A DNA stretch of 64,000 bases from contig OZ316895.1 in assembly GCA_973895155.1 (NCBI GenBank), positions 6,564,136 through 6,628,135 on the forward strand, in the 5' to 3' direction. Source of the DNA: Marsupella aquatica (Eukaryota; Plantae; Marchantiophyta). A program made the translations under genes and the position numbers. Below are positions 63,438 to 64,000 of the stretch, in pieces. The notes under the pieces were generated by a model. It saw only the letters and a program-made list of their open reading frames with translations, did no database searches and was not told where the DNA came from. Numbering within the stretch: position 1 is the stretch's first letter; each line of letters starts with the position of its first letter.

Positions 63438-64000
63438 TCACTCTGATTCAGAATCGCTAATGACCCATTCCTCACTTGTTGTCTCATAGTCCTCTCTATA
63501 AGGATCCTGACCCTTCCGTGGCCAGGCCTCAAAAAGATCATAGTCCATTGGGTTTTGACGCTTCCCAGCTGCTACTGATTCCACAAGCCAAGCATATGAA
63601 ACCACAAACACATTATGGGACATGACATAAAAGCGAATGTCTCCCTTTCCAAACTTGCGGCAGGCTTTGGGATATGACTTAGTAATGACATGAGTGGTGT
63701 CCTCTGTTATATTCTCCTCCACTGTCCCACCTAGGTCAAGCACTGTGGACTTGTACACTTTGCACTTAACCTCTCCAATTCCCGCCTCCACAAATACCAT
63801 GCTCAGCCCTTTCAGAATGGGGGTTGGTTGCTTCGTCTCCTCAGCCAACATACTCTTCAGCCTTGTAGAGCTCTGTCCTTTGTTGAGTACAGGTCCATAT
63901 TGGAGATCAGCAAGCCGTGCCTTTGCTTCCCAGACTTCTTGTTCAGCCCAAGCTGATGTAGTAGCTTCTTCATCCTCCCACAACTCATATTGCTCAGTAT
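63438..64000 (-). CDS. BRCT-domain protein (5'-incomplete) inside the CACTA element
   Basis: The frame is open to the window edge. ILKGLSMVFV..LGGTVEENITEDTTHVI..VVSYAWLVESVAAGKRQNPMDY has the BRCT hallmarks (GG, THV, W-x-x-x-S) at ~63821-63534, followed by a short acidic tail and a stop at 63438. Confidence 0.8.
   Translation of the reverse strand, partial: TEQYELWEDEEATTSAWAEQEVWEAKARLADLQYGPVLNKGQSSTRLKSMLAEETKQPTPILKGLSMVFVEAGIGEVKCKVYKSTVLDLGGTVEENITEDTTHVITKSYPKACRKFGKGDIRFYVMSHNVFVVSYAWLVESVAAGKRQNPMDYDLFEAWPRKGQDPYREDYETTSEEWVISDSESE

Larger units (their letters stand above)
54573..64000 (-). mobile_element. CACTA/En-Spm DNA transposon nested in Copia copy 2; other end lies outside the window
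   Basis: Starts with CACTAGAAGAATCCG exactly where Copia homology ends. Dense GTGAC/GTCAC subterminal repeats at 54600-54930; TnpD- and TnpA-like genes. The complementary TIR and the resumed Copia sequence are not seen before 64000. Confidence 0.93.

Overview
Land-plant nuclear genomic DNA. GT-AG introns and a PLS-type PPR relic resembling moss editing factors suggest a bryophyte or other early-diverging lineage (inference). The left half is genic: the 3' ~8.5 kb of a multi-exon UGGT gene, an intronless BAHD acyltransferase with one in-frame stop, a class-I-like small heat-shock protein with an unusual N-terminal hydrophobic anchor and an intron, a solo Copia LTR, a ~230-bp tandem array, a divergent HECATE/IND-like (VIIIb) bHLH fused to a GA microsatellite, a decayed L1 LINE and an intact type I metacaspase. 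The right half is a transposon stack: a full-length Ty1/Copia (TSD CACAT), a PPR relic, a complete PIF/Harbinger (TIR GAGCATCTCCA, TSD TTA) with an extra ORF, and a second, inverted Copia of the same family interrupted by a CACTA/En-Spm element. Beside its TnpA- and TnpD-like genes, the CACTA carries an ORF with a stand-alone BRCT domain resembling that of plant DNA polymerase lambda; this is the best candidate for an undescribed system. All calls come from reading the sequence and from recalled family motifs. No database searches were run.
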